This document shows positions 30,794 to 41,391 of a DNA stretch of 64,000 nt, in pieces; positions within the stretch are counted from its first letter, which is position 1, and each line of letters starts with the position of its first letter. The notes under the pieces are model-generated. The model was not told the origin of the DNA and did no database searches. It saw nothing but the letters and a program-made list of their open reading frames with translations. The translations under genes and the position numbers were made by a program. Source of the stretch: Candidatus Sulfomarinibacteraceae bacterium (lineage in GTDB: Bacteria > Acidobacteriota > Thermoanaerobaculia > Thermoanaerobaculales > Sulfomarinibacteraceae); contig CAWCLO010000010.1 in NCBI GenBank assembly GCA_963796455.1, positions 384,001-448,000 of the forward strand, written 5' to 3'.

Positions 30794-30936
30794 CAAGATT
30801 CCCCCTGCGATCAGCACTGACAATTATAGCGAGAGTTTGGAGCGTGCGAAAAAAGCTGGCTCGACTCCCGACAGGCCAAATCAATTCGGAAATTCGGCCA
30901 GCATGCGATAATGGTTGATTGGAAGGGAGAAGAGCC

Positions 30937-31464
30937 ATGTCCGACTTCACTCCGATGGACATTCTCGGAAAGAAGTTTTCCAAGAAACTCCACGGCTATG
31001 CCGAGATGGAAGTTCACGAATACCTCACGGATCTCGCGCGTGCCATGGAGACCTTGATTCGTGAACGAGGCGAGCTCAAACAAACAACCCACCACCTGGA
31101 GCAGGAGTTGAGCGCTTTTCGCGAGCGCGAAACCGCACTCAAAGAGGCGCTCGTGGCCGCGCAGCGTTCGGCGGAGACCACGATCGAGGTGGCCCGGGTC
31201 GAAGGTCAACGCATCGTCAACGATGGACACGGTCTGGCCGAGAGGCTCGTTACGGAAGCAAACGAACGCGCTCAGAACATCGAGCGCGTCATGTCGGACA
31301 TGCGCAACAGACGGCGGGAAATCCGCTCCGAGCTCATGCGGATGGTCGAGTTGCTTCAGGGTCTGGTCGACGATGATCAGCGTCGCGAGCGCGAAGAACG
31401 CTCCGTTCCGCAACTGGCGACCTTCTCTCGGCGAGGAACGGACTCTCAAGAGAACCAGGGATGA
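30937..31464 (+). CDS. DivIVA domain protein
   Basis: TPMDI..K.F.K.L.GY...EV..YL followed by a coiled coil. Confidence 0.88.
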   Translation: MSDFTPMDILGKKFSKKLHGYAEMEVHEYLTDLARAMETLIRERGELKQTTHHLEQELSAFRERETALKEALVAAQRSAETTIEVARVEGQRIVNDGHGLAERLVTEANERAQNIERVMSDMRNRRREIRSELMRMVELLQGLVDDDQRREREERSVPQLATFSRRGTDSQENQG

Positions 31465-32735
31465 GCCTACTCGTCCGGGGAGCCCACCAAATCGTCTCAC
31501 CCTCCGGATGCGCTGCGCGCCGCCGGGGCGAGTTCGCGGCTCTCCATATCATCCCGAACGCAGTCGTGCGTTGCGAATCGGGGCGCATCGTCTTCGTCGG
31601 AGATGAGGCCGAACACCGGCAGCGCTTCAGCCCGAGCGACCAGGAGCTGGACGTCGAAGGGGGCTGCATCCTCCCGGGCTTTGTCGACCCCCACACCCAC
31701 CCGGTCTGGGCCGGTTCCAGGGAAGATGAATTCGACCGACGCCTGCGCGGCGAGAGCTATATGGACATCGCCCGTTCGGGCGGCGGCATCAATTCGACGG
31801 TGAAGGCCACTCGAGCGGCTTCATCCGACGAACTGCTGGGCTCTACCCTCCATCGTCTCGACAATTTTTTGAGTCACGGCACCACCACCATCGAAGCCAA
31901 GTCCGGATATGGTCTCGATCTTCCGACCGAGATTCGCATGCTCGAGGTCATCCGCCAGGCCGACTCCCGCCACCCTGTCGACCTCCACCCCACCTGTCTC
32001 GCGGCCCACGAAATTCCACCCGAACACCGAAATGATCCCGAACAATGGGTCACCGAACTCAGCACCGAAATTCACCCTGAGATCGCCCGCCGCGGTCTCG
32101 CCGAAGCGGTCGATGTTTTTTGCGAGGAAGGGGTCTTCGATCTCGACCAGACCCGTCGATTGCTATCCGATGCGGCTGATCTGGGTTGGCGGATTCACCT
32201 CCATGCCGATGAGCTCACCCCACTCGGCGGAGCCGAGTTGGCGGTCGAGATGAACGCCCTTTCCGCGGATCACCTGATGTGCGTGACTCCCGGTGGAATC
32301 GATGCGCTGGCATCATCTGAAACCATTGCCGTTCTGCTGCCCGGCACATCCTTCTTTCTACGCTCGGACTATGCACCGGCGCGACAACTGATCGACGCCG
32401 GCTGCGCGGTGGCCCTGGCAACGGACTGCAACCCCGGCTCCTCGCCCACCGAGTCGATGCCGGCGATCCTTGCTCTCGCCTGTCTCGGTATGGGGATGGG
32501 GCTCGCCGAGGCGATTACCGCAGTGACCCTGAATGCCGCTGCAGCCATCGACCGTGCCGACGAACTGGGGTCCATCGAAATCGGCAAGCAGGCCGACCTC
32601 GTTGTCCTCCATGCGCCCACCTATCACCACCTCGTCTATCACTATGGGATCAACCCCATCCGGCACGTGATCAAGAACGGCGAGGTGGTCATCCGCGACG
32701 GCGTGCGGGTTCCGGCCGAGACAATGGATCGCTGA
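31461..32735 (+). CDS. hutI: Imidazolonepropionase
   Basis: PGFVDPHTH, GGGI.STV, EAKSGYGL, DVFCE, HADEL, SADHL and ATDCNPG motifs. Confidence 0.94.
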   Translation: MSLLVRGAHQIVSPSGCAARRRGEFAALHIIPNAVVRCESGRIVFVGDEAEHRQRFSPSDQELDVEGGCILPGFVDPHTHPVWAGSREDEFDRRLRGESYMDIARSGGGINSTVKATRAASSDELLGSTLHRLDNFLSHGTTTIEAKSGYGLDLPTEIRMLEVIRQADSRHPVDLHPTCLAAHEIPPEHRNDPEQWVTELSTEIHPEIARRGLAEAVDVFCEEGVFDLDQTRRLLSDAADLGWRIHLHADELTPLGGAELAVEMNALSADHLMCVTPGGIDALASSETIAVLLPGTSFFLRSDYAPARQLIDAGCAVALATDCNPGSSPTESMPAILALACLGMGMGLAEAITAVTLNAAAAIDRADELGSIEIGKQADLVVLHAPTYHHLVYHYGINPIRHVIKNGEVVIRDGVRVPAETMDR

Positions 32736-32807
32736 TGACCCGGCCGGCTCACACAGGTTGCACTCAAATCAAGCAGCCATCGTTTCGGTGTCTGTGGTGA
32801 AGCTTTC

Positions 32808-34262
32808 ATGCTGAAACGACGCTTTGTCCGCGTCTGGATATTCTGGGCGGTGGTCTATTCGGTCCTGGCGGCCGTCGGACCGAACGGTCTCGTGCCGAAC
32901 CCGGTCTGGCCGGTCATTTCTCAACACATCATGCAGGCCCGCGCATGGCTTGGCGACGACATCGAGATCCTGGACGATGAGGGCTTCTTCGATCGGGAAC
33001 TCGAGATCAACCCGAGGCTCGATGTGACCCCCTACTACCAATACCGGGTCATCAACGATCCCCGCGAATCCATCCTGATCGCCAACCTGGCGGTGGCGAT
33101 CGGTGGTCCATCGGGCAACCTGGTCCCGATTCAGCAGGCCTGGACCGGATCCTCAGACCTCCTCTTCAATGAGGGCATGGTCTGCCATGTCGGATTTCCA
33201 CCAGGCCCTTCATTTTTTCTCTACCCGTTGCTGTTCCTGCTCGGGGGAGCGCTCGCCACCCAATGGGTGAGCGCCTTTCTCGGAGGTCTCGCCGTCGCCG
33301 CCATGGAGAGCCTGCTGGCGGCCTGGCTGTTGTTGATGCGGGGCCGCGAGGCTCCGATGCTCCCGGCCAACTTGATCACAGCCTTGGTTGGAGCCGGCAC
33401 ATTGTGGCTGTGGGTCGTCCCCGACGGAGGGACGTTTTTGTTCGCCCAGGTGGTTGGTACGACCGCGTTGACCCTGGCTCTCTTTGCGGCCTGGAAAAAA
33501 CACCCATGGCTCGCGGGTCTCGCCTACGGTTTTGCGATCAGCAGCCGGCCGGCCATGCTCTTTGCCTTTCCGCTCGTGATCGCTTGTGCGGTCATCAACC
33601 ACGAGGACCGCGATCCGTCCGAGACTGAGACCTCGGCAAAATGGCCCGGCGCCGGTCGTTGGATCCGCAATGCTCCGCTGCTTGTGGGCCCCCTGATTTT
33701 CGGCACATTGACCCTGGGCCTCAATCTTCTTCGCTTCGGTGCGTTGGGTGATTTCGGATATCGATTCATGATCGTGCCGCCCTTTCTTCGAGAACGCCTG
33801 CTCGAGAACGGTCAACTCTCGCTTGCCCACCTCGGCCGCAATCTCGCCGCGGTCTTTTTGCAGCCACCGATGATGATTCGCGACGAGATCGGGAGTTTCG
33901 TGTTTCCGTTTTTTGCCAGTGATCCGAAGGGCATGGCCCTCCTGTTCGTGACGCCGGCCTTTGTGGCCGTTCTACTGGCGGTCACGATTTCGGGGCGGGA
34001 ACGCAAGCTGCTGCTGGCCATCACCTGGGCCACCCTCATTTTGACCTGCCTTCCCGGGTTGCTCTACTACAACACCGGATGGGTCCAATGGGGCGGTCGG
34101 TTTCTCGTCGACGCCTGGCCGATGTGGCTTCTTCTCGCGGTCATCGGTCTCCACCGGATGCCAAAAAGGCTGGCGTGGGCGCTGATCACGCTTTCGATCA
34201 TTTCAAACGGATGGGGCGCCCTCCTGGTGGCGATCCGGTCTTGGCCGGGCTGCTGCTTTTAG
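32808..34262 (+). CDS. Polytopic membrane protein, GT-C-like
   Basis: QA.AWL.G, FPP.PS, SRP, N..RFG...DFGY and YYN.GW.QWG.RF..D motifs; multiple TM helices. Confidence 0.55.
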   Translation: MLKRRFVRVWIFWAVVYSVLAAVGPNGLVPNPVWPVISQHIMQARAWLGDDIEILDDEGFFDRELEINPRLDVTPYYQYRVINDPRESILIANLAVAIGGPSGNLVPIQQAWTGSSDLLFNEGMVCHVGFPPGPSFFLYPLLFLLGGALATQWVSAFLGGLAVAAMESLLAAWLLLMRGREAPMLPANLITALVGAGTLWLWVVPDGGTFLFAQVVGTTALTLALFAAWKKHPWLAGLAYGFAISSRPAMLFAFPLVIACAVINHEDRDPSETETSAKWPGAGRWIRNAPLLVGPLIFGTLTLGLNLLRFGALGDFGYRFMIVPPFLRERLLENGQLSLAHLGRNLAAVFLQPPMMIRDEIGSFVFPFFASDPKGMALLFVTPAFVAVLLAVTISGRERKLLLAITWATLILTCLPGLLYYNTGWVQWGGRFLVDAWPMWLLLAVIGLHRMPKRLAWALITLSIISNGWGALLVAIRSWPGCCF

Positions 34263-34302
34263 CCTGCTCCGGCTGGTGGCGAAGGTCACTCCAGGGAAAC
34301 GA

Positions 34303-35097
34303 TCAGGGGACGTCGACCCGCAGCCGTTTGATGGCGAGGGCTTTGCCTGTTTCTTCGTCGGCATCGACCAACGCACCCCGGAGCTGGACCCCGCGCTTTG
34401 CCGGTTCGAACGGACGCGGCGTGTTGTAGAGAAACCTCTGCAACACCTTCTCCGGTTTCATGCCGATGATCGACTCGTAGGGGCCGGTCATCCCGACATC
34501 GGTCTGGAGCGCGGTGCCCTGGGGGAGAATGCGCTCATCGGCTGTCGGAACGTGGGTGTGCGTTCCCAGGACGGCCGTTACCCGGCCGTCGAGGTACCAA
34601 CCGATGGCCTGTTTCTCTGATGTGGCCTCGGCGTGCATATCCACCAGGATCACCCGCAGCTCCGGGTGTTCGGCATGGATCTCGTCGAGCACTTCGTCCG
34701 CCCGTCGAAAGGGATTGTCGATCGGCGGCATCATGGCCTGTCCCTGGAGATTGATCACCGCCACCGGAACGCCCGTGGCCGTTTCTTCAACGCACCAACC
34801 ACGCCCCGGATTTCCATCCGGGTAGTTGGCGGGGCGGAGCAGGGTCGGGTGGGCGTCGAGGAGGGGCACACCCTCCTTTTTGTCCCACACGTGGTTGCCG
34901 GTGGTCCACACTTGAACCGGGAGCTGATCGAGCTCTTCGAGCACCTTGGCGGTGATTCCAAAGCCGCCCGCGACGTTTTCCACATTGACGACGACAAAGT
35001 CGACCTTTTCACGATCGACGATGCCATCGAGATGGTTGAGCACCGCGCGCCGCCCGGGCGAACCCATGACGTCACCGACAAAGAGAAGTCGGATCAA
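34303..35097 (-). CDS. ymdB: YmdB-family metallophosphoesterase (TIGR00282)
   Basis: GDVMG.PGR, N.EN, GNH.WD, DMHAEATSEK, GTHTHV and D.GMTG motifs. Confidence 0.92.
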   Translation of the reverse strand: MIRLLFVGDVMGSPGRRAVLNHLDGIVDREKVDFVVVNVENVAGGFGITAKVLEELDQLPVQVWTTGNHVWDKKEGVPLLDAHPTLLRPANYPDGNPGRGWCVEETATGVPVAVINLQGQAMMPPIDNPFRRADEVLDEIHAEHPELRVILVDMHAEATSEKQAIGWYLDGRVTAVLGTHTHVPTADERILPQGTALQTDVGMTGPYESIIGMKPEKVLQRFLYNTPRPFEPAKRGVQLRGALVDADEETGKALAIKRLRVDVP

Positions 35098-36665
35098 CGC
35101 GCGTACTCCACCGCCCGTGTCTCGCGAATCACGGTCACCTTGATCTGGCCGGGATAGGTCAGCTCGGCCTCGACCTTCTTGGCGAGATCCCGGGCCAGCC
35201 AGATCGCATCTTCATCGGACAAACGGCCCGATTCGACCACGATCCGCAACTCGCGTCCGGCCTGGATCGCAAAGGCTTTTTCGACTCCCTTGAAGTCGGT
35301 GGCCATGCTCTCCAGTTTTTCGAGCCGTTTGATGTAGTTCTCGAGAATCTCGCGCCGTGCCCCGGGGCGGGCCGCCGACAGGGCATCGGCCGCCGTCACC
35401 AGCACTGCCTCCACCGAGTGCGGATCATAGTCGCCGTGGTGACACTCCATGGCGTGGATCACCTCGTCGGTCTCGCCGTGTTTGCGAAGCATTTCACGAC
35501 CGAGCTCGAGGTGGGTTCCATCCATTTCGCGGTCCACGGCTTTGCCGATGTCGTGCACCAGCCCGGCCCGTTTTGCGACCTGCGCATTCGCACCCAACTC
35601 GGCGGCCATGTGGTTGCTGAGCCATGCCACTTCCATCGAGTGTTTGAGCGCATTCTGGCCATAGGACGAACGGAATTGCAGACGTCCCACGAGCTTGAGG
35701 AGTTCGGGATGGAGATCGGGTATCCCGACCTCGAGCGCCGCCGCCTCACCGTCGGCGAGAAGCTTTTCTTCCATCTCGCCCTTGACCTTGGCGACCAGCT
35801 CTTCGATGCGCCCCGGATGAATCCGGCCATCCTGGATGAGGCTCGAGAGGGCCAAGCGGGCGATCTCTCGTCGAACCGGTTCGAAACAGGACAGGATCAC
35901 CGCCTCCGGTGTGTCGTCGACAATCAGGTCAACCCCGGTGGCCTGCTCGAAGGCACGGATGTTGCGGCCTTCACGACCGATGATCCGGCCCTTCATTTCG
36001 TCTGATGGCAGGTCCACAACCGAAACCGTGCTCTCGACGACATGCTCCGAGGCGATCCGTTGAATCGCCATCGAGATCACCCGGCGGGCTTTTTCTTTGG
36101 CCTTCTCGGAGGTTTCCTCCTCGATGCGCTTGAGGGTATTGGCGGCTTCCATCCGAGCCTCGTTCTCCATCGAGTGCAGGAGCTCCGCCTTTGCCTGGTC
36201 GACCGTCAGACCCGCAATCTGTTCGAGCCGCGCCCTTTGTTCAGATATCGCCGACTCGAGCTCTTCCTCGCGATCGACGAGTTTTTCCTGCCGACCCCGA
36301 ACATCTGCTTCCACGCCCTCGATCGCTTGCTCCCGCCCCTGCAGGTCGGCCATGCGTTCATCGATCTCGTGACGCAGTCCCTCGATTTCTCTTCCGGCGG
36401 CCGTCAGTTCCATTCGGAGGTCGCGGGTCTCGCGTTCAAACTCGGTCCGGGCAGCCAGCAGGCGTTCCCGGGCGATGATTTCGACGTCCTTCTGTATCCG
36501 TTGGCCTTCGATTTCGCCTCGCGCCACAATCTTTCGGACCTCTTCTTCGGCGTTTGTTATCATCCGCGCGGCAGCACCGCGCGAGCGGCGCCAGAGGCCC
36601 CATACGACAATCATGGTGGCGAGGGCGAGCAGCAGTAAGACTGCAGCTGCTACAACTAGTTCCAC
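35094..36665 (-). CDS. rny: Ribonuclease Y
   Basis: N-terminal TM helix, coiled coil, KH domain (MKGRIIGREGRNIR) and HD domain (HDIGK, ADALSAARPGAR); start uncertain. Confidence 0.96.
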   Translation of the reverse strand: MELVVAAAVLLLLALATMIVVWGLWRRSRGAAARMITNAEEEVRKIVARGEIEGQRIQKDVEIIARERLLAARTEFERETRDLRMELTAAGREIEGLRHEIDERMADLQGREQAIEGVEADVRGRQEKLVDREEELESAISEQRARLEQIAGLTVDQAKAELLHSMENEARMEAANTLKRIEEETSEKAKEKARRVISMAIQRIASEHVVESTVSVVDLPSDEMKGRIIGREGRNIRAFEQATGVDLIVDDTPEAVILSCFEPVRREIARLALSSLIQDGRIHPGRIEELVAKVKGEMEEKLLADGEAAALEVGIPDLHPELLKLVGRLQFRSSYGQNALKHSMEVAWLSNHMAAELGANAQVAKRAGLVHDIGKAVDREMDGTHLELGREMLRKHGETDEVIHAMECHHGDYDPHSVEAVLVTAADALSAARPGARREILENYIKRLEKLESMATDFKGVEKAFAIQAGRELRIVVESGRLSDEDAIWLARDLAKKVEAELTYPGQIKVTVIRETRAVEYAR

Positions 36666-36743
36666 GATGCACCCCCATGTCAAGGAGCGATCAGTGCAAC
36701 CGGCGTCAGGTTGGATTCGACCTGTGTCTCAAGAGGAATAAGT

Positions 36744-36924
36744 GGAGGTCCCCGCTGTGGCCGTGTGAGCGAGCCTATTTGAACCTGCGTTACCACAGGT
36801 GGGTGCCTGTCCCCCGCCCATCTCCCGCCTCGCGGCAGGCATCAGAGCGAAAAAACCCGGCAACCCTTCAAATAGGTGTTGGTTCAACGATAGTTCACTC
36901 ATCACCAACCGAGTAGGGACCTCC
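36744..36924 (-). ncRNA. ssrS: 6S RNA
   Basis: About 180-nt rod closed by GGAGGTCCC/GGGACCTCC, with internal complementary CCTATTTGAA/TTCAAATAGG; lies in the typical position between zapA and rny. Confidence 0.8.
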
Positions 36925-36937
36925 GATTTCTCTGGTT

Positions 36938-37240
36938 TTACCCGGATGCGCCGGGCTCTATGGCCTCTTCAATCTTTGTTACGAGACGTTTGGCCTGATT
37001 CTCCAATCTCTTGTTCCGGGTGTCCTGATCTGTTTCACGTTCCTGAAAAAGTTCGTCGGCTATGTTCAAGGCGGTCAAGACCGCAATCTTCACCGTGTCT
37101 ACACTCGAGCTTCGGTCAGCTACTTCTCGCATCCGGAAGTCGACAAAACGGGCGATTTCCTGGATCCGCGCTTCGTCACCATCCGCACGCAAACCGAGCC
37201 GCTGGCCGAATACTTCGACTGTGGCCCGGACTGTAGCCAT
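36938..37240 (-). CDS. zapA: Cell division protein ZapA
   Basis: VEVFG, A.FVD.RM and AVL.ALNIADE motifs. Confidence 0.9.
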   Translation of the reverse strand: MATVRATVEVFGQRLGLRADGDEARIQEIARFVDFRMREVADRSSSVDTVKIAVLTALNIADELFQERETDQDTRNKRLENQAKRLVTKIEEAIEPGASG

Positions 37241-37431
37241 TGGAAAGTTCCTCCCACCAAGAGTATACAGCATCGCAAAATGAAATCTTTTCCATTTTGA
37301 GAGGTGTTAAAAGCGCCCTTCTCGGAAGCCCTGCGGCCATGAAGCGCGGCCGCCTGATGGGGCTACCCCTGGCCCCGGCCGCTGTCTTTTCCAACGAGAG
37401 GACCGATCATCCAGCGGGAGGGGCGAAATTC

Positions 37432-37683
37432 TTACTGATCGGAGACTTTCGCGAGGGTTCCGTCGACCATGGCGAGGACTTTTTCCAGACGCGTGGTCAA
37501 TTCTTCCCGTTGTTTTTCGAGCCCGGCCACTTTTTCGCCGAGATCGGTCCCCGACGCAACCTGGCCCTCGAGTTCTTCGACCCTTGCCGCAAGGTCATTT
37601 GCGCGTTTTTTATTTTCGCCATAGGCTTCGATCAATTCTTCGATTCTCGATTCGAGCTGTTTGAGCACTGAATCCATTGCCAT
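37432..37683 (-). CDS. ZapB-like coiled-coil protein
   Basis: Short pure coiled coil (LKQLESRIEELI...) upstream of zapA. Confidence 0.65.
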   Translation of the reverse strand: MAMDSVLKQLESRIEELIEAYGENKKRANDLAARVEELEGQVASGTDLGEKVAGLEKQREELTTRLEKVLAMVDGTLAKVSDQ

Positions 37684-37721
37684 TCTTCCTCCTCTTGATG
37701 TCACTGCCCGGGAGCTCGGCC

Positions 37722-39746
37722 TCAGGCGAATGTGACTCCCAGTTTCTCGCCGAGATGTCGGCGAAGCGTTTCCTGCTCGGTATTGACCTCGTCCTGGGTC
37801 AATGATCGTTCGTCGTGACGGTAGACCAGCCGCAGAGTGGTCCGCACAATCGACGGATTCTTCGGTGGGAAGAACCTGGCCACGCTGCGCAGATCTTCAA
37901 CCCAATCCGAGGCGAGACCGAGGGTCGACTCCTCGAGGTCGGCGTAGGCCAGATCCCGTGCGTGCTCGACCGTCATATCCACAACCACCGCCGGATGCCG
38001 GGCCAGTTGCCGAAATTGGGGCAATGGCGGCTCGGCAGAATCATCGAGATCGAGCTCGGCGATCATCGGGGTCGCGCGAAGGTCCCAGCGTCGCCGGTAT
38101 TCGTCGGACAAAAGTCCGGCCAGACCGATCACCCGGTCTTCGTCAGTGACCAACTCGGCACCGGCTGCGGCATGCAACCACGGGGCACCACCGGGTCTCC
38201 AGCTCACCGCAGGCAGACCGACCCGCTTCATGATGTCGTTGACAATTCCCTTGAGCCGAACAAAGGACTCCTCACGGTCATCCGACGGCATCGAGAGCAC
38301 GATGCCCAATCGCTCATGCTCGCGCGGCTCATCATCCGACAGATTGAAGACCCGGCCCTGTTCGAAGATCGACAACGCCATCTCGCCCTGGTTGAAATTC
38401 GTCGCGGCGGCCGCCAGCAATCCGGGCAGGAGCGAGCGCCGCATCACTGCCTGGGTCTGGGCAAGCGGATTGTCGAGTTCCAGCGACTGACCCGGACAGA
38501 GATTCTGAGTCGCCACCAACTCATCGTCTCCGGGGTCGACAAAGCTCCATGTCATGACCTCGGCGAGCCCTGCCCCGATGGCCGCGTTCCGCGCCCGGTC
38601 CACCAAGACCCAGTTCGGATGGCGACGACCCGGGGTTGCCGGAAGAATCGGCAAGGCCGAAGGAATGGCCGAATAGCCCACGTGCCGGATGACTTCTTCA
38701 TAAAGATCGGGCACCCGTTCGATGTCGATCCTGAACGAGGGCACCGTCACCGTGACCGTATCGCCGTCCAAGCGCGGATCAAATTCCAGACCAGCAAAGA
38801 TCTCGACCACCCGCGCCGGCGTGATGGTGAGCCCGGCAAAGGCGGACAGGGCCTCGATTGACAGACTCATCTGCCGTTCGGCCGTTGCTTCGGGATGGAC
38901 GTCAATCCGTCCACGACACACCTTGCCGCCGGCGAGCTCGGCCATCATGGCCGCCGCGAGATCCACCGCCACGGGGGGCAACTCAGGGTCGGCACCGCGC
39001 TCGAATCGGTGCGACGCCTCAGTGTGCATCCCGAGTCTCCGGGCCGCGCGCCTGATCGTCAGCGCGTCGAAATGAGCGGCTTCCAAGAGCACGTCGACGG
39101 TTTCGTCGGAAATCTCCGAGTTGGCGCCACCCATGATGCCCGCGAGACCCACCACTCCATCGCGATCAGCAATCACCGCCATCGATTGATCGAGCTTGCG
39201 GTCTTCCCCATCGAGAGTCGTCAAGAGCTCGCCATCTTCTGCACGCCGCGCGACCAATCTGTTGCCGCGCACTTTTGCGAGATCATAGGCGTGCAGCGGT
39301 TGACCGAGTTCGAGGAGCACATAATTCGTGACATCCACCACCGCGTTGATCGGACGCACCCCGCAATTCGACAAACGGCGCTGCAACCAATCCGGCGACG
39401 GTACCTGCTTGACGCCGCGCACGATACGGGCCGCAAAACGCGTGCACACAACCGGGTCGTCGATCTCGATCGTTGCTTGGTCCGCAGTCGACTCGTCGAT
39501 CTCGTGCAGTTCAGATTGCAGGGAACGAAGGGACGTCCCGGTGGCCACCGCCGCTTCCCGCGCGAGCCCGCGGTGATTCATGGCATCCGGCCGGTTCGTC
39601 GTCACCTCAACATCCCAGATTTCCGCTCCATCTCCGGGTTCGCGAAGCTCCACAAGACAGCCGCAATTCGTCAACGCGTCGGCCACGATGTCCTGCTTCG
39701 GAGGCTCTTCGAGGAGCGACAACAGCCATTCGGAATCAAAGTTCAT
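37722..39746 (-). CDS. pheT: Phenylalanine-tRNA ligase beta subunit (short form lacking B2 OB domain)
   Basis: SEWL, TTNRPD...RGLARE, VD.TNYV.LE.GQP.HAYD, ASHRFERG, VPSFR.D and FE.GRVF motifs; about 674 aa. Confidence 0.93.
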   Translation of the reverse strand: MNFDSEWLLSLLEEPPKQDIVADALTNCGCLVELREPGDGAEIWDVEVTTNRPDAMNHRGLAREAAVATGTSLRSLQSELHEIDESTADQATIEIDDPVVCTRFAARIVRGVKQVPSPDWLQRRLSNCGVRPINAVVDVTNYVLLELGQPLHAYDLAKVRGNRLVARRAEDGELLTTLDGEDRKLDQSMAVIADRDGVVGLAGIMGGANSEISDETVDVLLEAAHFDALTIRRAARRLGMHTEASHRFERGADPELPPVAVDLAAAMMAELAGGKVCRGRIDVHPEATAERQMSLSIEALSAFAGLTITPARVVEIFAGLEFDPRLDGDTVTVTVPSFRIDIERVPDLYEEVIRHVGYSAIPSALPILPATPGRRHPNWVLVDRARNAAIGAGLAEVMTWSFVDPGDDELVATQNLCPGQSLELDNPLAQTQAVMRRSLLPGLLAAAATNFNQGEMALSIFEQGRVFNLSDDEPREHERLGIVLSMPSDDREESFVRLKGIVNDIMKRVGLPAVSWRPGGAPWLHAAAGAELVTDEDRVIGLAGLLSDEYRRRWDLRATPMIAELDLDDSAEPPLPQFRQLARHPAVVVDMTVEHARDLAYADLEESTLGLASDWVEDLRSVARFFPPKNPSIVRTTLRLVYRHDERSLTQDEVNTEQETLRRHLGEKLGVTFA

Positions 39747-40807
39747 GCGAACTGCCTCGTGAGTCGTTGATCTCCAGCAAAGAGCTGGCGCAGATCGGGG
39801 ATCCCGTAGACCAGCATGGCGATCCGGTCGAGCCCGAGACCAAAGGCAAAGCCGGTATAACGATCGGAGTCCACACCCACCGCTTCGAAGACCCGCGGGT
39901 CCACCATGCCCGAACCGAGGATCTCGATCCAACCCGAACCCGAACACACCCCGCAGCCCTTCTGGGCGCAGAAGATGCACGAGATGTCGACCTCCGCCGA
40001 TGGCTCGGTGAAGGGAAAGTACCCGGGACGCAGGCGAACCTCGACGTTGTCGGAGAAGAGCTCGTGGAGGAAGGTCTCCAAGGTGCCCTTCAGATGACCG
40101 ACCGTGATGCCCTCATCGACCACCAGTCCTTCGATCTGGTGGAACATGGGCGAGTGGCGAAGATCGGAGTCACGCCGGTAGACCCTTCCCGGGACCACGA
40201 TCCGGATCGGTGGTTTGCGTTGCTCCATCACCCGAGCCTGAACCGGCGAGGTATGGGTCCGCAACAGATAGCCCCGGGGGAGGTAGAAAGTGTCCTGATC
40301 GTCACGTGCCGGATGATCGGGCGGGATGTTGAGGGCTTCGAAGTTGTGCCAATCATCTTCGACTTCGGGGCCCGCCTCCACGTCATAGCCCATCCGCAGA
40401 AAAATCTCTTCGATCCGGTGACGAACGATGTGGACCGGGTGCTGGGCGCCGCGGACTACTGGCGAGCCGGGAAGGGTCACGTCAATCGGTCCGTCGACCG
40501 TCAGGGAAGCGCTCTTCGTCCGAGTCTTCGCCTTGATTTTGGTCGAAAGGGGTTCGGCTTTGGCCGCCTGCTTGGCCGCTGCGAGCTTGGACTCGATCTC
40601 CTTCTTGAGCGCGTTGAGAGCCTGCCCATAGTCCCGCTTCTCGTCGTTCGGGAGCTCACGGAGGATTGCTGTCAGTTCATTCAGCAGCCCTGACTTCTTT
40701 CCCGCGTAGCTGATCCGGACCTCTTCAACCAGAGCGGCATCACCGCCGGCATGATCGAGGTCGGTAAGAAACGCCGCACGAACTTCTTCAAGCCGAGCGC
40801 TGCTCAC
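39743..40807 (-). CDS. pheS: Phenylalanine-tRNA ligase alpha subunit
   Basis: NFEALNIP..HPARD.QDTFY, LRTHTSPVQ, FHQ.EG, FPFTEPS and GFAFG.G.DR motifs. Confidence 0.96.
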   Translation of the reverse strand: MSSARLEEVRAAFLTDLDHAGGDAALVEEVRISYAGKKSGLLNELTAILRELPNDEKRDYGQALNALKKEIESKLAAAKQAAKAEPLSTKIKAKTRTKSASLTVDGPIDVTLPGSPVVRGAQHPVHIVRHRIEEIFLRMGYDVEAGPEVEDDWHNFEALNIPPDHPARDDQDTFYLPRGYLLRTHTSPVQARVMEQRKPPIRIVVPGRVYRRDSDLRHSPMFHQIEGLVVDEGITVGHLKGTLETFLHELFSDNVEVRLRPGYFPFTEPSAEVDISCIFCAQKGCGVCSGSGWIEILGSGMVDPRVFEAVGVDSDRYTGFAFGLGLDRIAMLVYGIPDLRQLFAGDQRLTRQFA

Positions 40808-40814
40808 GCCGGCC

Positions 40815-41165
40815 TCAGCTCTCGACCTTTGCAAGTTCGACGAGCTGAGTAAAAGTCTGCGGATCACGCACCGCGAGATCGGCCAGAACCTTACGATCAA
40901 GGTCGCAACCGACGTTTTTCAACCCGGCGATCAGGGCCGAGTAGGTGGTGCCGTTCTGCCTGGCCGCCGCGTTGATGCGAGCGATCCACAACGAACGGAA
41001 CTGCCGTTTGCGCTGCTTGCGATCACGATAAGCGTATTGCAGGGACTTCTCGACCTGGATCTTGGCCGTGCGGTGCAACCGCGACTTGGCTCCCCAATAG
41101 CCCTCGGCGAGTTTGAGAATCTTTTTCCGGCGATCTTTGCGATTGGTCGATCTTTTGACGCGCAT
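40815..41165 (-). CDS. rplT: 50S ribosomal protein L20
   Basis: RVKR, GYWG, YAYRDRK.RKR.FR.LWI.RINAA and DRKVLADLA motifs. Confidence 0.97.
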   Translation of the reverse strand: MRVKRSTNRKDRRKKILKLAEGYWGAKSRLHRTAKIQVEKSLQYAYRDRKQRKRQFRSLWIARINAAARQNGTTYSALIAGLKNVGCDLDRKVLADLAVRDPQTFTQLVELAKVES

Positions 41166-41174
41166 ACTGCCTCC

Positions 41175-41375
41175 CTACTTCTGTGCCGCGAGCATCTTCG
41201 TGAGAACCTTGGCATCACCCGGTTTCACGATGGCCGACGAACGCAGCTTGCGCTTCCGCTTGGTCGACTTCTTCGTCAAGATATGTGAGTGGTAGGCGTG
41301 GTGGCGTTTGAACTTACCGCTGCCGGTTCGTTTGATTCGCTTGGCCGCGCCGCGATGGGTCTTCAACTTCGGCAT
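41175..41375 (-). CDS. rpmI: 50S ribosomal protein L35
   Basis: [13 protein letters not shown]...TGSGK and [14 protein letters not shown]. Confidence 0.97.
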   Translation of the reverse strand: MPKLKTHRGAAKRIKRTGSGKFKRHHAYHSHILTKKSTKRKRKLRSSAIVKPGDAKVLTKMLAAQK

Positions 41376-41391
41376 AACAAGCTCCTTTTTT

